A program made the translations under genes and the position numbers. Below, piece after piece: positions 11,655 to 22,693 of a DNA stretch of 61,829 nt. The stretch is taken from the NCBI GenBank assembly GCA_051382335.1, contig JBBCAX010000045.1, positions 1-61,829 on the forward strand, given 5' to 3'. Origin of the DNA: Deltaproteobacteria bacterium TL4 (GTDB lineage Bacteria > SAR324 > NAC60-12). Below the pieces are notes generated by a model, which ran no database searches, was not told the DNA's origin, and worked only from the letters and a program-made list of their open reading frames with translations. How positions within the stretch are numbered: the stretch's first letter is position 1; each line of letters starts with the position of its first letter.

Positions 11655-14600
11655 TTGTATTTACATAAAAAAATTGAAAAAAAACGGTTGGGGAGTCTGT
11701 TTGAGCCCTTAACTTTATTAAAAGAGGCCGACTTGGTTATTGAAGGAAGTAATGAACAGCTTCTGGAAAACGCCAAGATCCAAGTCGAAATGAATACTCA
11801 ACCTGGTGTTTATGAAATTCCAATATCTTTCGGCAAACCTTTTAAATTAAAATTCCCTGAGGGGTGCACGATCAGTGGGCATATCAACATTGAGCCTTCC
11901 CTTGATGCGAATCATGGCGAACCTTTAATCCGGGATTTGAAATTTGTACTGGATCCCCCTGTTATTTTTGAGGACGTCCTTGTTGCCTTGAAGGAAGTGA
12001 ATAAAGTTTTTAATGATGAAAAAATAACCGCTTTGTTGGCAAGATTTTCCACCTCGCTCGCTGATAAGTGGCCTTTAACACAAAAATTACAAGCCTTCGA
12101 TTTTCATTCTTTTTCTCAACAGGTCTTGACCGAGAAAATGGATGATTTGGCGAAAGTCATGCTGGAAAAAATTGAGGCTCGCGCAGAGCAGATCGAGGGA
12201 AACTCGCAGTTGGTTTTTCGTTTTACTGGAAAAATTAAATACTTTGATAAGCTTACCTTTCCTTTTTTTCGGTTTAGATTGCCTACTTTTATTTTGCCTA
12301 CGCTGCATGCGTCTCTGGAAAATTTCATTTCTAAAAATCCCCTGGCCTCCGCCTCTTTTCTCGAAGATCAGTTATCGTTTAAACTATTAAGCAAACGAAT
12401 GTTGAAACCGATTGCAGGATTTAAGGGCAGCCTTGAGGGGTACGCTTCTTTGCCTTCCATGCAGTTAGGCGCTGAGTTGATTTTCAAAAGTTTGCTCTCC
12501 GTTCAAGGAAATCATGACCAGAAAATGAAAATATCAGGGCATTTTTCTGGAAGTCGGGAGGGGGATTATTTTAACGTACAATTGAAGGCGATGGCACAGG
12601 ATCTAAACCAAAAAACGCTTAAAATCGAAGTAACCGGTTTGGTTGACCCTGATTCATTGATTGACGAAGATTGGGAAGATGGCATTGCTGATTTATCGTT
12701 GAAAAAACCTCAGGACGCACAGGGAAAGGTGCTGAGTGGGTTGAACATAAACATTGCGGAAAGTTCGGTGATTGATAAATTACAAACTACGATTTGTTTG
12801 ACACACCCGCTTGTCAAAGGAAAAATCGAACTGCCCCTGTTGATTGAGAATCTTGATGTCTCAGGAAAAGGACAAGTAGCCTTGGAAACCGGGAAGAACA
12901 TCGCTTCCCAGGGCGGAGATCTGCGTTTCACTTTCATGACTCATTTAGTGGAGGGTGTTGTCCAGGAAGATTCCTTCAATCAATGGTTTTCAAAAATACG
13001 AGGGGGACACATAAAAGGCAGGGCCTTGTGGCAGAATGAAAATGAAATTCAGTTGATGCTTGAAGGGAGTCTGCCTTTAAACCTTTCGGGAAAAAGTAAG
13101 ATCAATGCCATACCGGAACTTTCGATCAAAGAAGGTGCGGTTCTCTCAGAAATTGCTGGCAAACTAAAAATAAAAGCGTCTGCACGCCTGAGTCGAAGCG
13201 CTGAAGGGTTGGCACAGCTCGAATTGAAGGATTGCTCTTTTTCTCTGCAATTAAAAAAGGCTCAATTCCAATTGGAGGAACGAAGAATTACCTTTCCAAC
13301 CAATACGTTAGTCCATTTGGAAATCATGAAGGGCGCTATCGATACCTCAGGAATCGGTCAATTGCAGTTGAAAATAAATTGGGATTTAAAGGATCAACTG
13401 CCTTTATTACATACGCCTGAAAAGGACCTCCCTCTTATTTTGGAGGAATTGAAACAAAGCGAGTTGATCCTTCATCTCAATTCGATGGGGAGTCTTTCTA
13501 TTGAAGGGAAGACCGAGGGGATCTTTAACGCAAAGCTTTTTAACGCGTTACTCAATCCTCATGCGGATCTTCAGAAACTCAACCGGGTTTTAAATTCAAC
13601 CAAAGCAGTGGACCATTTCTTAACCTTGCTTGACGAGTTTTCTCCCAAATGGGCCAAAAAGTTAAAAAAACTGCATAAAGAATACAAAAAATATAAACGA
13701 ATTTTGAAAGAAGAAGGCGTCGAGGAACCCAAAGATATGCTTTCCAACCAGGATATGGCCAGGGTCGCCTCAAAGCTGTTGAATGAAACGAAGGAGTTAG
13801 AGGAGAGACTCAGACCTATCATTAAACAAGTAACCGATGGAGAGGGTTTGAATCGTTATGAATTGAAACATATCATCAATGAGCTTCATCCCAATCATCC
13901 TTACGGTTTTGAGTTAGACCGGATTCTCCGTTGGGTGGATCATCTTTTCAGTCCTGGGGAACCCCTTCCCCCTCCTGAAATCACCAAAGACCCTCCTTTG
14001 GTAAAAAACGCCTTGTACCGGGCCTATTTAAAAGAAATTCCTTCTGCGGGAGAAATCTACGAGGTCCTCCAAGGTAAGAAAAAAGCGCCGGACGGTTTTT
14101 TTTCAGAAATGGCCCGCATTGCGCCTTATCTGACGTTGGAGCAAATGGATTACATTCTCAGGAACATTAACCACGCAGAATGGAAAACGCGTGATATCAA
14201 CCGTCTCCAATATATTTGGGAAATCAAAAAGCGGATTCGAATGGTTGCTGAAGGCACAGGAGACATCCGGTATGTTTTTTTACCCGTGGTTATTGGTTTT
14301 TTTATAGGAGAAATCACAGAAATAAAAACAGCGTTAGTGGCTAAGGCTTCATCTGATGAAGTCCCTGTTGGTTTTTGGGACAGAGAGTGGAATTTGCACA
14401 CAGATGGCCATTTTTTAGGGCCTGAAGATGTCGCGATTTTACTGAGGGCGGGTCTTGCTTGGCCTTGGCAAAGTCTGATGGTTCAAATCAATCAGCGGTT
14501 GCTGCTGAATTATAGTCTTTCCCGTTCAGCGGATTTCCTTTATGAAGTTTTAACAGAAATGTCGGAGAAAAGTTCGAAAGTTTTAACAGGTATTTTAATT

Positions 14601-16229
14601 GCGCTTTTAAAACAGGAACAAGATCATCTTAAAGAGCCTTTGGAATTAGTCGATATTTTCTCACAACAATTAGGCATCGAATGTCCCCGCCTGGAGGATT
14701 ATATGGCCGGAGGAAAGCGCGCGGATGAAAGTTACTATAGCGCCAATCTTCATGTCGCTGATTATATCATCGAAAATTCTTCTCGCTATCTCGCCCGTAA
14801 GGATCATCTCCAAGTCCAGAGATTTCTTCCAGATCGTCCTTTTAAAGAAACGCAAAAAACGATGAATTTTGTCCAAAAAGCACAAGCGGCCATCAAAAAA
14901 GCGGATGAACTAGGACAACAATGCACTTTTTTAAACAGCAAAACAGGTCCCTATAAAAATGCGATTCAAGCTTACGAAGAGGCGTTTCAGGCTTGTGCTG
15001 AACTTCTTCAGAAGGACAAAACGGTTATTACGGTTCCATGGTTTAAATCCTTTTGGCAACGAAATTACGAAGCGCTTGTTGTTCTTTCGGTTGTCCGTAA
15101 TTATCAGGAAAATTTAGAAAATGTACGGAATTGGCTGCATGTCCGAAGTGGACAAACACAGTTCCGGGATGAACAGCACCTTTTGGAGACCATTATTGAG
15201 GTGCTTTATTACTTTGAAACTGAAAGAACTCTCTTGAAAAAGGATCCTCTGGTTCGGTTGTTGATTGACCCGCCTGCTGGAAAATACGATTTTACGATTG
15301 TGAGTTGTATGGGGTTGATTACGGAAGGCACTAAAGGAACAGAACTTGACAGCACCTTGCAGCGTTTGAAAAACGTAAGAGGCCTCAAAGTGATCAAAGC
15401 CGATACAGGAACCTTCAAAACGCTGGAACATAACTCCCGAAAAGTTGAAGCGATTCTGAGTAAAGTCAAAACACCCTGGGGATTTTTAGGCTACAGTCAA
15501 GGTTGTGCCAACAGTCTAAAAACAGAAAGTCTGCTCAAAGGCGGAACACCCGAGCAACAGAAAATGCTGGCAGGATTCCGCTGCAGAAATCTGATGTTTG
15601 GTGCCCATAACGGTTCGGCGCATGGCAGTTGCGGGGATTTGAAATTCCGACATGCCCTGATCAAAGGCGAACGTTTTATTAAACATTACCAGGGACGCGC
15701 TTCCTCCTGGGCGATTGATACCTACTTTCGTATGTTGAATCTGGTTTTGGATTCACAGTTTTTTATTCAGTTGATTGGAGGGACAGAATCAGTTTCTCAT
15801 GAAGTTTGCGTCGCCTTGGCCAGAGATGGTCAGTTCTGCGGACATATTCCAACCTCTACCATTCGTGGAGTGGTTTTTCCTGAGATTCTACCTGAAGCAA
15901 CAGAGATGATCAGTAATATGCTGACTTATCAAACCGATGGCGCTTTACACGATACCCAGGTTACTTTGGTTTCTACCCGAGGCTATTCCAATCGTGTTGA
16001 AAATGATTACACGCGCGTACTGGAAAACTGTGACATGGGTTCCTATCCTCAATCCTCACACCACTGGTCTCCTCTAGTTGAAGAAGTGGAATTCGTCACC
16101 ACAGCCCGTGATCGGGAATTAGCCATTTATGACTTTCCTCAAGATCGTCATCTTTTTCCCTGGATTGAAGTCAATGCCCGCTTTGGTGTGATTGAGCCTC
16201 TGGAGGAAGGAAAGAGGATTATTTTTTGA
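11655..16229 (+). CDS. Large hypothetical protein with C-terminal alpha/beta-hydrolase-like domain
   Basis: 1524-aa ORF, AAGGAG RBS before TTG; GYSQG nucleophile elbow, later HDTQV and HHWSP. Confidence 0.7.
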   Translation: MYLHKKIEKKRLGSLFEPLTLLKEADLVIEGSNEQLLENAKIQVEMNTQPGVYEIPISFGKPFKLKFPEGCTISGHINIEPSLDANHGEPLIRDLKFVLDPPVIFEDVLVALKEVNKVFNDEKITALLARFSTSLADKWPLTQKLQAFDFHSFSQQVLTEKMDDLAKVMLEKIEARAEQIEGNSQLVFRFTGKIKYFDKLTFPFFRFRLPTFILPTLHASLENFISKNPLASASFLEDQLSFKLLSKRMLKPIAGFKGSLEGYASLPSMQLGAELIFKSLLSVQGNHDQKMKISGHFSGSREGDYFNVQLKAMAQDLNQKTLKIEVTGLVDPDSLIDEDWEDGIADLSLKKPQDAQGKVLSGLNINIAESSVIDKLQTTICLTHPLVKGKIELPLLIENLDVSGKGQVALETGKNIASQGGDLRFTFMTHLVEGVVQEDSFNQWFSKIRGGHIKGRALWQNENEIQLMLEGSLPLNLSGKSKINAIPELSIKEGAVLSEIAGKLKIKASARLSRSAEGLAQLELKDCSFSLQLKKAQFQLEERRITFPTNTLVHLEIMKGAIDTSGIGQLQLKINWDLKDQLPLLHTPEKDLPLILEELKQSELILHLNSMGSLSIEGKTEGIFNAKLFNALLNPHADLQKLNRVLNSTKAVDHFLTLLDEFSPKWAKKLKKLHKEYKKYKRILKEEGVEEPKDMLSNQDMARVASKLLNETKELEERLRPIIKQVTDGEGLNRYELKHIINELHPNHPYGFELDRILRWVDHLFSPGEPLPPPEITKDPPLVKNALYRAYLKEIPSAGEIYEVLQGKKKAPDGFFSEMARIAPYLTLEQMDYILRNINHAEWKTRDINRLQYIWEIKKRIRMVAEGTGDIRYVFLPVVIGFFIGEITEIKTALVAKASSDEVPVGFWDREWNLHTDGHFLGPEDVAILLRAGLAWPWQSLMVQINQRLLLNYSLSRSADFLYEVLTEMSEKSSKVLTGILIALLKQEQDHLKEPLELVDIFSQQLGIECPRLEDYMAGGKRADESYYSANLHVADYIIENSSRYLARKDHLQVQRFLPDRPFKETQKTMNFVQKAQAAIKKADELGQQCTFLNSKTGPYKNAIQAYEEAFQACAELLQKDKTVITVPWFKSFWQRNYEALVVLSVVRNYQENLENVRNWLHVRSGQTQFRDEQHLLETIIEVLYYFETERTLLKKDPLVRLLIDPPAGKYDFTIVSCMGLITEGTKGTELDSTLQRLKNVRGLKVIKADTGTFKTLEHNSRKVEAILSKVKTPWGFLGYSQGCANSLKTESLLKGGTPEQQKMLAGFRCRNLMFGAHNGSAHGSCGDLKFRHALIKGERFIKHYQGRASSWAIDTYFRMLNLVLDSQFFIQLIGGTESVSHEVCVALARDGQFCGHIPTSTIRGVVFPEILPEATEMISNMLTYQTDGALHDTQVTLVSTRGYSNRVENDYTRVLENCDMGSYPQSSHHWSPLVEEVEFVTTARDRELAIYDFPQDRHLFPWIEVNARFGVIEPLEEGKRIIF

Positions 16230-16241
16230 ATTTTGAAGGCC
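15774..16241 (+). repeat. Direct repeat copy 1 (3' end of the large gene)
   Basis: Matches 22694-23160 with scattered, mostly synonymous substitutions. Confidence 0.95.
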
Positions 16242-16353
16242 ATTTAGCTCTGCCGTTTTCACAAAACCAAATAATGGCGTCTCGAAAGGTTTCCAAATCT
16301 TTTTTAAACCAACTATCGATCATCTAAATCTCTTTGTGGGAAATAATGTGGTG

Positions 16354-16670
16354 TTACTTTGAACGAAGCATTTCCAGGAGCTCCCCCCATCGGAATGTCG
16401 CGGAAAGGTGTTGAAGGGAAATAGCTCTGTTACCACAACAAGAGGCCAGCGCATTTTTGATCGATTCAATCATATCGCTGTGATATTCACCTATATCGGT
16501 ATATAGTTTCCCAAAATGCTCTTTCCGTCGGAATTTTGCCTGATGAGGTTTTTTTCGCCAGATCGCAAGTGTCGCTTCTGCCACAATAGAATTGGTCACC
16601 ACATTTGAACCACCACTACCTTCCTCCCGTTGCCGTTTATAGGAATAGCCCAAATCATGGATTCCAATTT
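16354..16670 (-). pseudogene. Fragment of AIPR-like protein C-terminal region
   Basis: LGYSYKRQREEG...AEATLAIWRKKPHQAKFRRKEHFGKLY recalled as AIPR-family C-terminus; no start. Confidence 0.5.
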
Positions 16671-16905
16671 CAAACCCTTTTCTTTCCGTGTATTCCGTGT
16701 GTTCTGGAGTTATATTTTTTTTATTATTATGGGAACCACGGAACACACATAATACATAGAAAAACTATTTTCAAACCCTTTTCTTTCCGTGTATTCCGTG
16801 TGTTCTGGAGTTATATTTTTTTTTATTATTATGGGAACCACGGAACACACATAATACATAGAAAAACTATTTTCAAACCCTTTTCTTTCCGTGTGTTCCG
16901 TGGTT
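16668..16905. repeat. ~101-bp tandem repeat (2.3 copies) containing CCACGGAACACAC/GTGTTCCGTGG-type inverted motifs
   Basis: caaaccc recurs at 16671, 16772, 16874. Confidence 0.9.
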
Positions 16906-16917
16906 ATAAATTTTTTA

Positions 16918-17190
16918 TCACCAATCCGCCTTCAAGTATTTTTTGAGCTGCCTTCATTGATAACCTCATAGGGAATCATTTTCTTTTTCTGCAGGGGCGC
17001 TATGTTTTTTCCCACGCCGTCGTCGAGGATGGGATTGTAGCCTTCTGCCAGCAGTTCATCAATCTTCACCTTGAAGACTTCGATCTCTTTAAGCTGTTTG
17101 AATAGTATTGCTTTCTCATTCTGGGCGTCAGCGCTCTCGTTATTCGCAAGGTCATTCACAGTTTGGGCATCCTTGGCAGGTTTAAGGTCA
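16918..17190 (-). pseudogene. C-terminal fragment of BREX PglX-like methyltransferase
   Basis: GYNPILDDGVGKNIAPLQKKK; with a 1-nt shift it ends QLKKYLKADW* (TGA 16918-16920). Confidence 0.6.
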
Positions 17191-17800
17191 ACGGTCTCTT
17201 CCTCATCTTCCTCACGCACTCCCTCCTGCTCAATCCGCTTCAGGTAATCCTCGGCCATCTCCTTGGGGATCACGAACACGTCCTCGGAAAATTCAATATC
17301 TTCGAGGTTGAGGTGGCTGTTAAAATAGAACGGCTCATACTTCCCGTTTCCGGTCTTGGTCACGTAAGCCAAGAACCCACTGGCGACCCCTTTCAAAATC
17401 GTCTGTTTCAGGGCGTTGACGTCCAACAGTCGTGGAAATAGCGGGGACGCAAAAAAAGCGTTTTTCAGGCTCAGGGTACTCCACTCCGGGGAGGCTGGCG
17501 GCCAGTAACGGAGCAAGAACTGGGGACTGATTCCCGGCTCAAGATAGGCGTCCTGCTGGAGCCGGTTGATCAAATGCAGGGTCAGGTTCGAGGCAATGCT
17601 CGAATGTACCAGTCCCAGGTCAAGCCACTGCAAATTGTTGTTCTTGTCCAGCAGTCCCAGATGCTTGTAGGTACGCCAGACACATTCCTTGACGTCTCGC
17701 TGGGCTTTCTTCAGGTTTTCGCTCAACTGCTTTCTCTGGGAGTCATCCAACCGATGGCTTTCCTCCCGGTCGATCTGCTCCCACGCCAACAATTTGTCTG
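17190..17800 (-). pseudogene. Internal/C-terminal fragment of DUF499-family ATPase
   Basis: LLAWEQI...AQRDVKECVWRTYK...DLGLVHSS...FFASPLFPRLL; context of DUF1156 and helicase remnants. Confidence 0.65.
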
Positions 17801-17991
17801 ACCGGATGAAGCCAATCTTGAGCGGCCACCTTTCTTGCGGCAATATCCGTCATAGGGCCTGCGGTGATTTCTTGCAGTACGGCTTCCGGAATCACAACTT
17901 CCTGAAACAATCGCGGCAACAGCCACTCCAGATCACTCTTGCACAAACAGATGAGGGGAGACGCGTTGATCACGACCTGGTCAATCCGCAT
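17800..17991 (-). pseudogene. N-terminal fragment of DUF3368 PIN-like toxin
   Basis: MRIDQVVINASPLICL...LFQEVVIPEAVLQEI; fused to the DUF499 remnant. Confidence 0.7.
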
Positions 17992-18238
17992 GACGCAACT
18001 CCTCATAAATATCGTCTGGCGTATACTGAAAGGGCGAGACATGAAAACGGGCCAGGACGTTGATAAAATCCAGCCGACTCAATCCGGCAATTTCCGCCGC
18101 TTTCTCCTGGGAAATCATTTCCATCTCGTACCATTTGACAGCCGCGGCCAGTCTCATTTCCCCGGCAAATTCCGAGGGGCTTTTATGGATCGCGGAAAAG
18201 ACACTTTCCGGCATATCCAGTTGCAATACCACCGACAC
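17981..18238 (-). CDS. UPF0175-family antitoxin
   Basis: MRLAAAVKWYE...ISQEKAAEIAGLSRLDF; AGGAGG RBS before GTG 18238. Confidence 0.85.
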   Translation of the reverse strand: MSVVLQLDMPESVFSAIHKSPSEFAGEMRLAAAVKWYEMEMISQEKAAEIAGLSRLDFINVLARFHVSPFQYTPDDIYEELRHAD

Positions 18239-18310
18239 AACTCCTCCTTTTTCAGCTTGAAAGACTTTTTGCGCTTCCAGAAATGTTGAACTCACTATAA
18301 TGATACAGGG

Positions 18311-18792
18311 CTAAAAGCCCAAGCCTTTTTTTCTTGCCAAAACGCCGTCCACCCAACGCTTCTCTTCCGTCTGGGGCGGATATAACGCTGACATCGACTG
18401 CACCAACTGCCAGAAGCGTTGATCCTGCCCTATGCCCTCCTCAACCAGGAATCGCCTCAAGGCTTCACTCCGTCCCGTTCCAAACAACAACATGCTCTGG
18501 TGCAACCGATCCAGCACAGTCTTGCCAACTTGATCAAAATTTCCTTGCCATGTGGTTCCTTCCTCGTCCGGTTCCTCGGTCAGTTCAAACAGGGTCAACT
18601 GGGCTTTGGCCTTGCGACGTGTCTCTGGTGCGGCTTCACCCTTTTTCAAGAAGAAGGCGGCCCGTTCTCCCACTGGCAACAGTCGTGGGTGGAGATATGA
18701 CCATGTCGAATGGATTTTTCCCGTCGGGCGTGTTCAGAAATTCGTTTGATAGGGAGATCTACTTCGATCAGGCGTTTGGGGTAGGTCGTCAT
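18311..18792 (-). pseudogene. DUF1156 DNA methyltransferase with large internal deletion
   Basis: ATG 18792 reads MTTYPKRLIEVDLPIKRISEHARREKSIRHGHIST, joined out of frame to the C-terminus TVLDRLHQSMLLF...EKRWVDGVLARKKGLGF. Confidence 0.85.
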
Positions 18793-19379
18793 GAATTTTT
18801 CCATTCCTTGAATTTATGATTCAAATCCTTTACAAATTTTCCGAAAGAGTCGTTGAATTGTTCTATACGCTTCAGATCCATAGCATCAATCAGTTCTTTC
18901 GCATACTCCAATCCTCCCAAGGGAGGAACGACACCCGCCTGCCGCATCGCTTCGAGCAGCAACTGTTTATAACGACCTCGTTCGCATTTATAATCGGGTG
19001 CCTCGCATCCTTTTCCAAGCACAGTTTTGAAGGCTGTTGAATCAAGTAATACCCAGCGTTCCACATGCGGATCAGGGATAGCATAGAGTGTTCGTTCCTT
19101 GAACAGCTCATTGATTTTATCAATCTCGTTGCGCCGTTCCACAAAACCTTTGCAATTGGCATCCGTGGCAATAATCAGCAAGTCAGGTAATTCTGTTTTT
19201 TCTCTGTGTAGATCACGCAGGTAGGTTTTGCATTCTTTGATGACGGTACCATGCCCTCCACGTACACTGAGAGGGTTGAGTTTAAAAGGAATGTCATATT
19301 CATGAGCAATGCGTTCCACCAAAGCCTTGATAACCTCTTCGTGTCCATAATCTTCTGCAAACAACACAATCCTACGCAT
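18789..19379 (-). CDS. DUF4276/RloB-like TOPRIM-type partner of the AAA ATPase
   Basis: LFAED, ATDANC and PDPHVERWVLLD motifs; start overlaps the ATPase stop region. Confidence 0.7.
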   Translation of the reverse strand: MRRIVLFAEDYGHEEVIKALVERIAHEYDIPFKLNPLSVRGGHGTVIKECKTYLRDLHREKTELPDLLIIATDANCKGFVERRNEIDKINELFKERTLYAIPDPHVERWVLLDSTAFKTVLGKGCEAPDYKCERGRYKQLLLEAMRQAGVVPPLGGLEYAKELIDAMDLKRIEQFNDSFGKFVKDLNHKFKEWKNS

Positions 19380-20682
19380 CAAAATCTCCTCGCAGGATTC
19401 TTTCAGAAACCAAGCTGCCTTCTTCTGAATCAAGTGCCTGTTCAATGTCCGTATTGCGTGCCAATGCGCCCCATGCCGCAAAGGGTTCAATCAGGGTACA
19501 ACCTTGTTCTTTACGACAAACGAACAAGTGTTCATCTTCCGTAAACATATCGAGTAGAACCGGAGAATGGGTGGTAACGATTATCTGTGTATTACCCGTG
19601 GCAGCACGATTTTTCAACACATCGGCAATCATGCGGATGCGGCGTGGGTGAATGCCATTTTCCGGTTCTTCAAAACCCAACAGGGCAGGAGGCTCTTTAG
19701 CTCCTCCCAAAGCCAGCAATCCCAAAATACGCAAGGTACCCTCCGAGAGGACACGGGCAGGAATCGGAGTTTTTCCTTCCAGCAGTTTCAGTTCCACCTC
19801 TCCCAAGTCACTCACACTCACCTCAATGCCAGTAACGCTGGGCACGATCAAATGGAGAGCCTTTTCAATGGCTTTAAACTGGGGTTCATCCAAAGCGTGA
19901 AGCGTATTCAAAAAGGCAGCCAAGTCTTCTCCCATTAGGCCAATATGACGGACTTCCTTGACGGCGTTTGGTGAGCGCATCCGTTCCCGTGGCTCGAAGT
20001 AGAAAAAGAACCAACTGGCTAATTCCTGGCGCATAGCCACCAAATGGGGATAGTGAGGAGGATAAAGCGGTTTGGATAGTATGCTGTGATCCAGATAACT
20101 TTCATGATAGGTAGGATGAGCTTGCCCTTCCATCCGTAGATGTAAGCGATTTTTCATTTTTTGCAAAAAAGGCCTTCTTCTTTCATTAAGATTACCCTGT
20201 GGATTTAGTGCCGCCAGGTATTCATCGGCAACACGCAGAATGCCAGATTTTGGGAGGATTTCTATTTCAATTCGATAACGCAGTGATCGTTCACGAACAG
20301 AGGAGGTACTCTTCTTGGAGGGTGGTGCCACATCAGATTCTCTCGGTTGTTTCATTTCTTGAATTTGTCGATTCACTGTTTCCAACACCGATTCAGAGAG
20401 TTCAACATCCACCTCAATGGTAAATGAGACTACGTCTTTTCCAAGTAAGCCTTTAATGCCCTCTGTTCCGAAACAAAAGGATTCTAATGGTTTTCCACGA
20501 TAGGGGGAATCAAAGGCTTCTTTTAGGGTACGACTGGTGGCCATTCTGGATAACAGTTGTAAAGCATCTAAAAAATTACTTTTTCCAGCAGCGTTTGGTC
20601 CGAAAAGCACAGATAACGGACTTAGCTCAACCTCCAAATTGACTAACGATTTATAACCTTTGATTTTTATACGTTTCAGCAT
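19372..20682 (-). CDS. ABC/AAA_21-type ATPase (AbiEii/OLD-like defence ATPase)
   Basis: Walker A GPNAAGKS, signature LSEGT, Walker B FEEPENGIHP, TTHSP. Confidence 0.9.
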   Translation of the reverse strand: MLKRIKIKGYKSLVNLEVELSPLSVLFGPNAAGKSNFLDALQLLSRMATSRTLKEAFDSPYRGKPLESFCFGTEGIKGLLGKDVVSFTIEVDVELSESVLETVNRQIQEMKQPRESDVAPPSKKSTSSVRERSLRYRIEIEILPKSGILRVADEYLAALNPQGNLNERRRPFLQKMKNRLHLRMEGQAHPTYHESYLDHSILSKPLYPPHYPHLVAMRQELASWFFFYFEPRERMRSPNAVKEVRHIGLMGEDLAAFLNTLHALDEPQFKAIEKALHLIVPSVTGIEVSVSDLGEVELKLLEGKTPIPARVLSEGTLRILGLLALGGAKEPPALLGFEEPENGIHPRRIRMIADVLKNRAATGNTQIIVTTHSPVLLDMFTEDEHLFVCRKEQGCTLIEPFAAWGALARNTDIEQALDSEEGSLVSERILRGDFDA

Positions 20683-20698
20683 CTACGCACTCCAGTGA

Positions 20699-21760
20699 TT
20701 ATGCTTTCTCTGCATGTAGCAATTTATCTTGTTTAATCGTGTAGTGTTCCACCTTCACGATGGGTTTCCATTCCAGTTCCGCCGGATTCTGGATCAGATG
20801 CAGTTCCGGGGTAGTTGCACAGTTGTAAACCACATAGAGCCAGTAATCGTTTTGTAGCCTTTTAGCAGTTTTGTACTCATTGGTGATTAGCGCAATTTCT
20901 CCGACAAAAGCTCGGCTTTTCACTTCAATAAACCGGACTTCCATCGCCATTTGGGGGTCGCTGGGGTGAGGTCGCCGGGAGAGGAGATCAAAGCCACGAT
21001 TTTCGGACTCCACGCTTATGACTTCCCAGCCTCTGGCCCGCTCATAGTCCATTGCCTTTTCCACGGCAATTTTTTCAACCTCCTCATCTCGAACCATGCC
21101 CGCAATTTCCGGGGACTGTCGTTCGGGATGGGGCAACACCCACGCTTGTCCATAATGGCGGATGTTGGCAATGGAACAATGCTTCTCCTGTTTGAGTTCT
21201 TTTCGCCGCCGATCCAGTCGCAGGTTGAGTTCATCCAGCTTCTTCTCCAGCATCGCTATCCGACCGTCCAGCCCTGTTTCCTTCGAGTCACTCTGCTTCT
21301 GTTCCCAAAGTTCGGCAAACTGTTTCTGGACTCAGTCGATCACCGTTTCCAGACTGATGTTGAGGTGGTCTTCAATCGTTTTGGTTTCCTTGCGACGTTG
21401 CTGGTCAACTTCCGCCAACAGAGATTGCAAAGAGGACTCGTATAACACCTGCTCCAGTCGCTCTCTTTCAGGCAGTTGCGCCACTGGTGGTGTTCCTTGA
21501 GGAGCCGCTATCAAATCAAGAAAAACGGTCGCAGGAATAAGCCTAACGTTGTCCATGTATCTGGCATTGGAAATCACCCCCAGACACTGAAACAAACGCA
21601 CCCTATAGGCATCCACCACAAATTCCGGCTACCGGTAGGCACCGAATGGAATCCGCTGTTTCGTTGCCCACCCCTCTCAGCTCAAGCAGTTCCTCCCGTG
21701 AGGAAACACGTCCTTGCAGAGACAGATAAAATCGCATCAGGTTTTTCAGGTAAGCCGATT
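20699..21760 (-). pseudogene. 3' remnant of SNF2-type helicase with DUF3883 C-terminal nuclease, frameshifted
   Basis: Split ORFs 21332-21619 and 20699-21253; GFDLLS...RFIEVKSR...YWLYVV. Confidence 0.75.
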
Positions 21761-21804
21761 TCAGGCTTGGTTCAAATTAGGGTAACAAATTGAGACGTTG
21801 CCAA

Positions 21805-22165
21805 TATAGATGTCCAGAAAAGTTTTGTCTCGGGGGGTGGGCGTCCCACCCTCCGGTGAGGGCAAGATGCCCTCGCTCCCAAGACAAAACTTTCCTTGAG
21901 CACTATATCTTTGTCAATATATTTTTTAGGAAGTAGAAGCAGCGTCCCGCTACTTTAAGTGGGCGGGACGCCCACACTACTAAATCCCGCGAAAATAAAG
22001 GGCTAGAGCAAATGGGGAAGTTATTTAATTCTCATTCCTAGAGCCACAAATTTAAAGAATCTATAGACGTGTATTTTAATAAATTCACAGTAGAAGGAGC
22101 GTCCCGTTCCTTGAAAGAGGCCAGACGCCTCTTCTACTGTGTCACTAATTGTATGAACGTCTATA
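21805..22165. mobile_element. Cluster of MITE/REP-like elements (family B 21805-21907, partial family C 21932-22038, related element 22061-22165)
   Basis: TATAG...CTATA termini and GC-rich internal palindromes shared with copies elsewhere. Confidence 0.75.
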
Positions 22166-22192
22166 TTTGAAGAAAGGATAGACATAGCAACG

Positions 22193-22690
22193 ATGACCGG
22201 GAGTATACAATCAAATTTTCATCAATCAAGTAGAAATCCCCGTAAAGCACATCAATTAGGGAGCGATGAACGAGTACACTTGGCGATAGACGCTTTGTCG
22301 AAGAAAGTTTCTATCAGTGAGCAAGCCGATCAATATCAAGTCAGTCGTAAAAGTGTCCACAATATCGTTGAAGACATTATTTCTCAAGTTCAACAGGTGA
22401 CTCAGAGTCATGATCTTTCTCCGATTCAAGTTGGAAGTCACGATGAACTATTCCAATCAGGGAAACCTGTTTTGGCAGGAGTGGATTTAGACTCGACCTA
22501 TTGTTATCTTCTCACAACGGAAGATCATCGGAACGGGGAAACTTGAGCAATCCAACTGATGGACTTGGAGGTTCAGTGGTTGTCTCCGGATAACACAGTT
22601 GCTGACGGGTGCCTTGGTTTGAGAGCTGGACAAGCGATCTCAATGAGGTAGAAAAGAAGATGCTTAACGCCAAACGAAAAAACGGCATGG
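22193..22690 (+). pseudogene. Degraded DDE-type transposase
   Basis: HDELFQSGKPVLAGVDLDSTYCYLL...HRNGET* then ...TVADGCLGLRAG; internal stop and deletions. Confidence 0.65.
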
Positions 22691-22693
22691 TTC

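Noticed and set aside
16668..16905. Possible CRISPR array or ORF 16605-16946
   Set aside because: Plain ~101-bp tandem duplication; the ORF is a translation of the repeat
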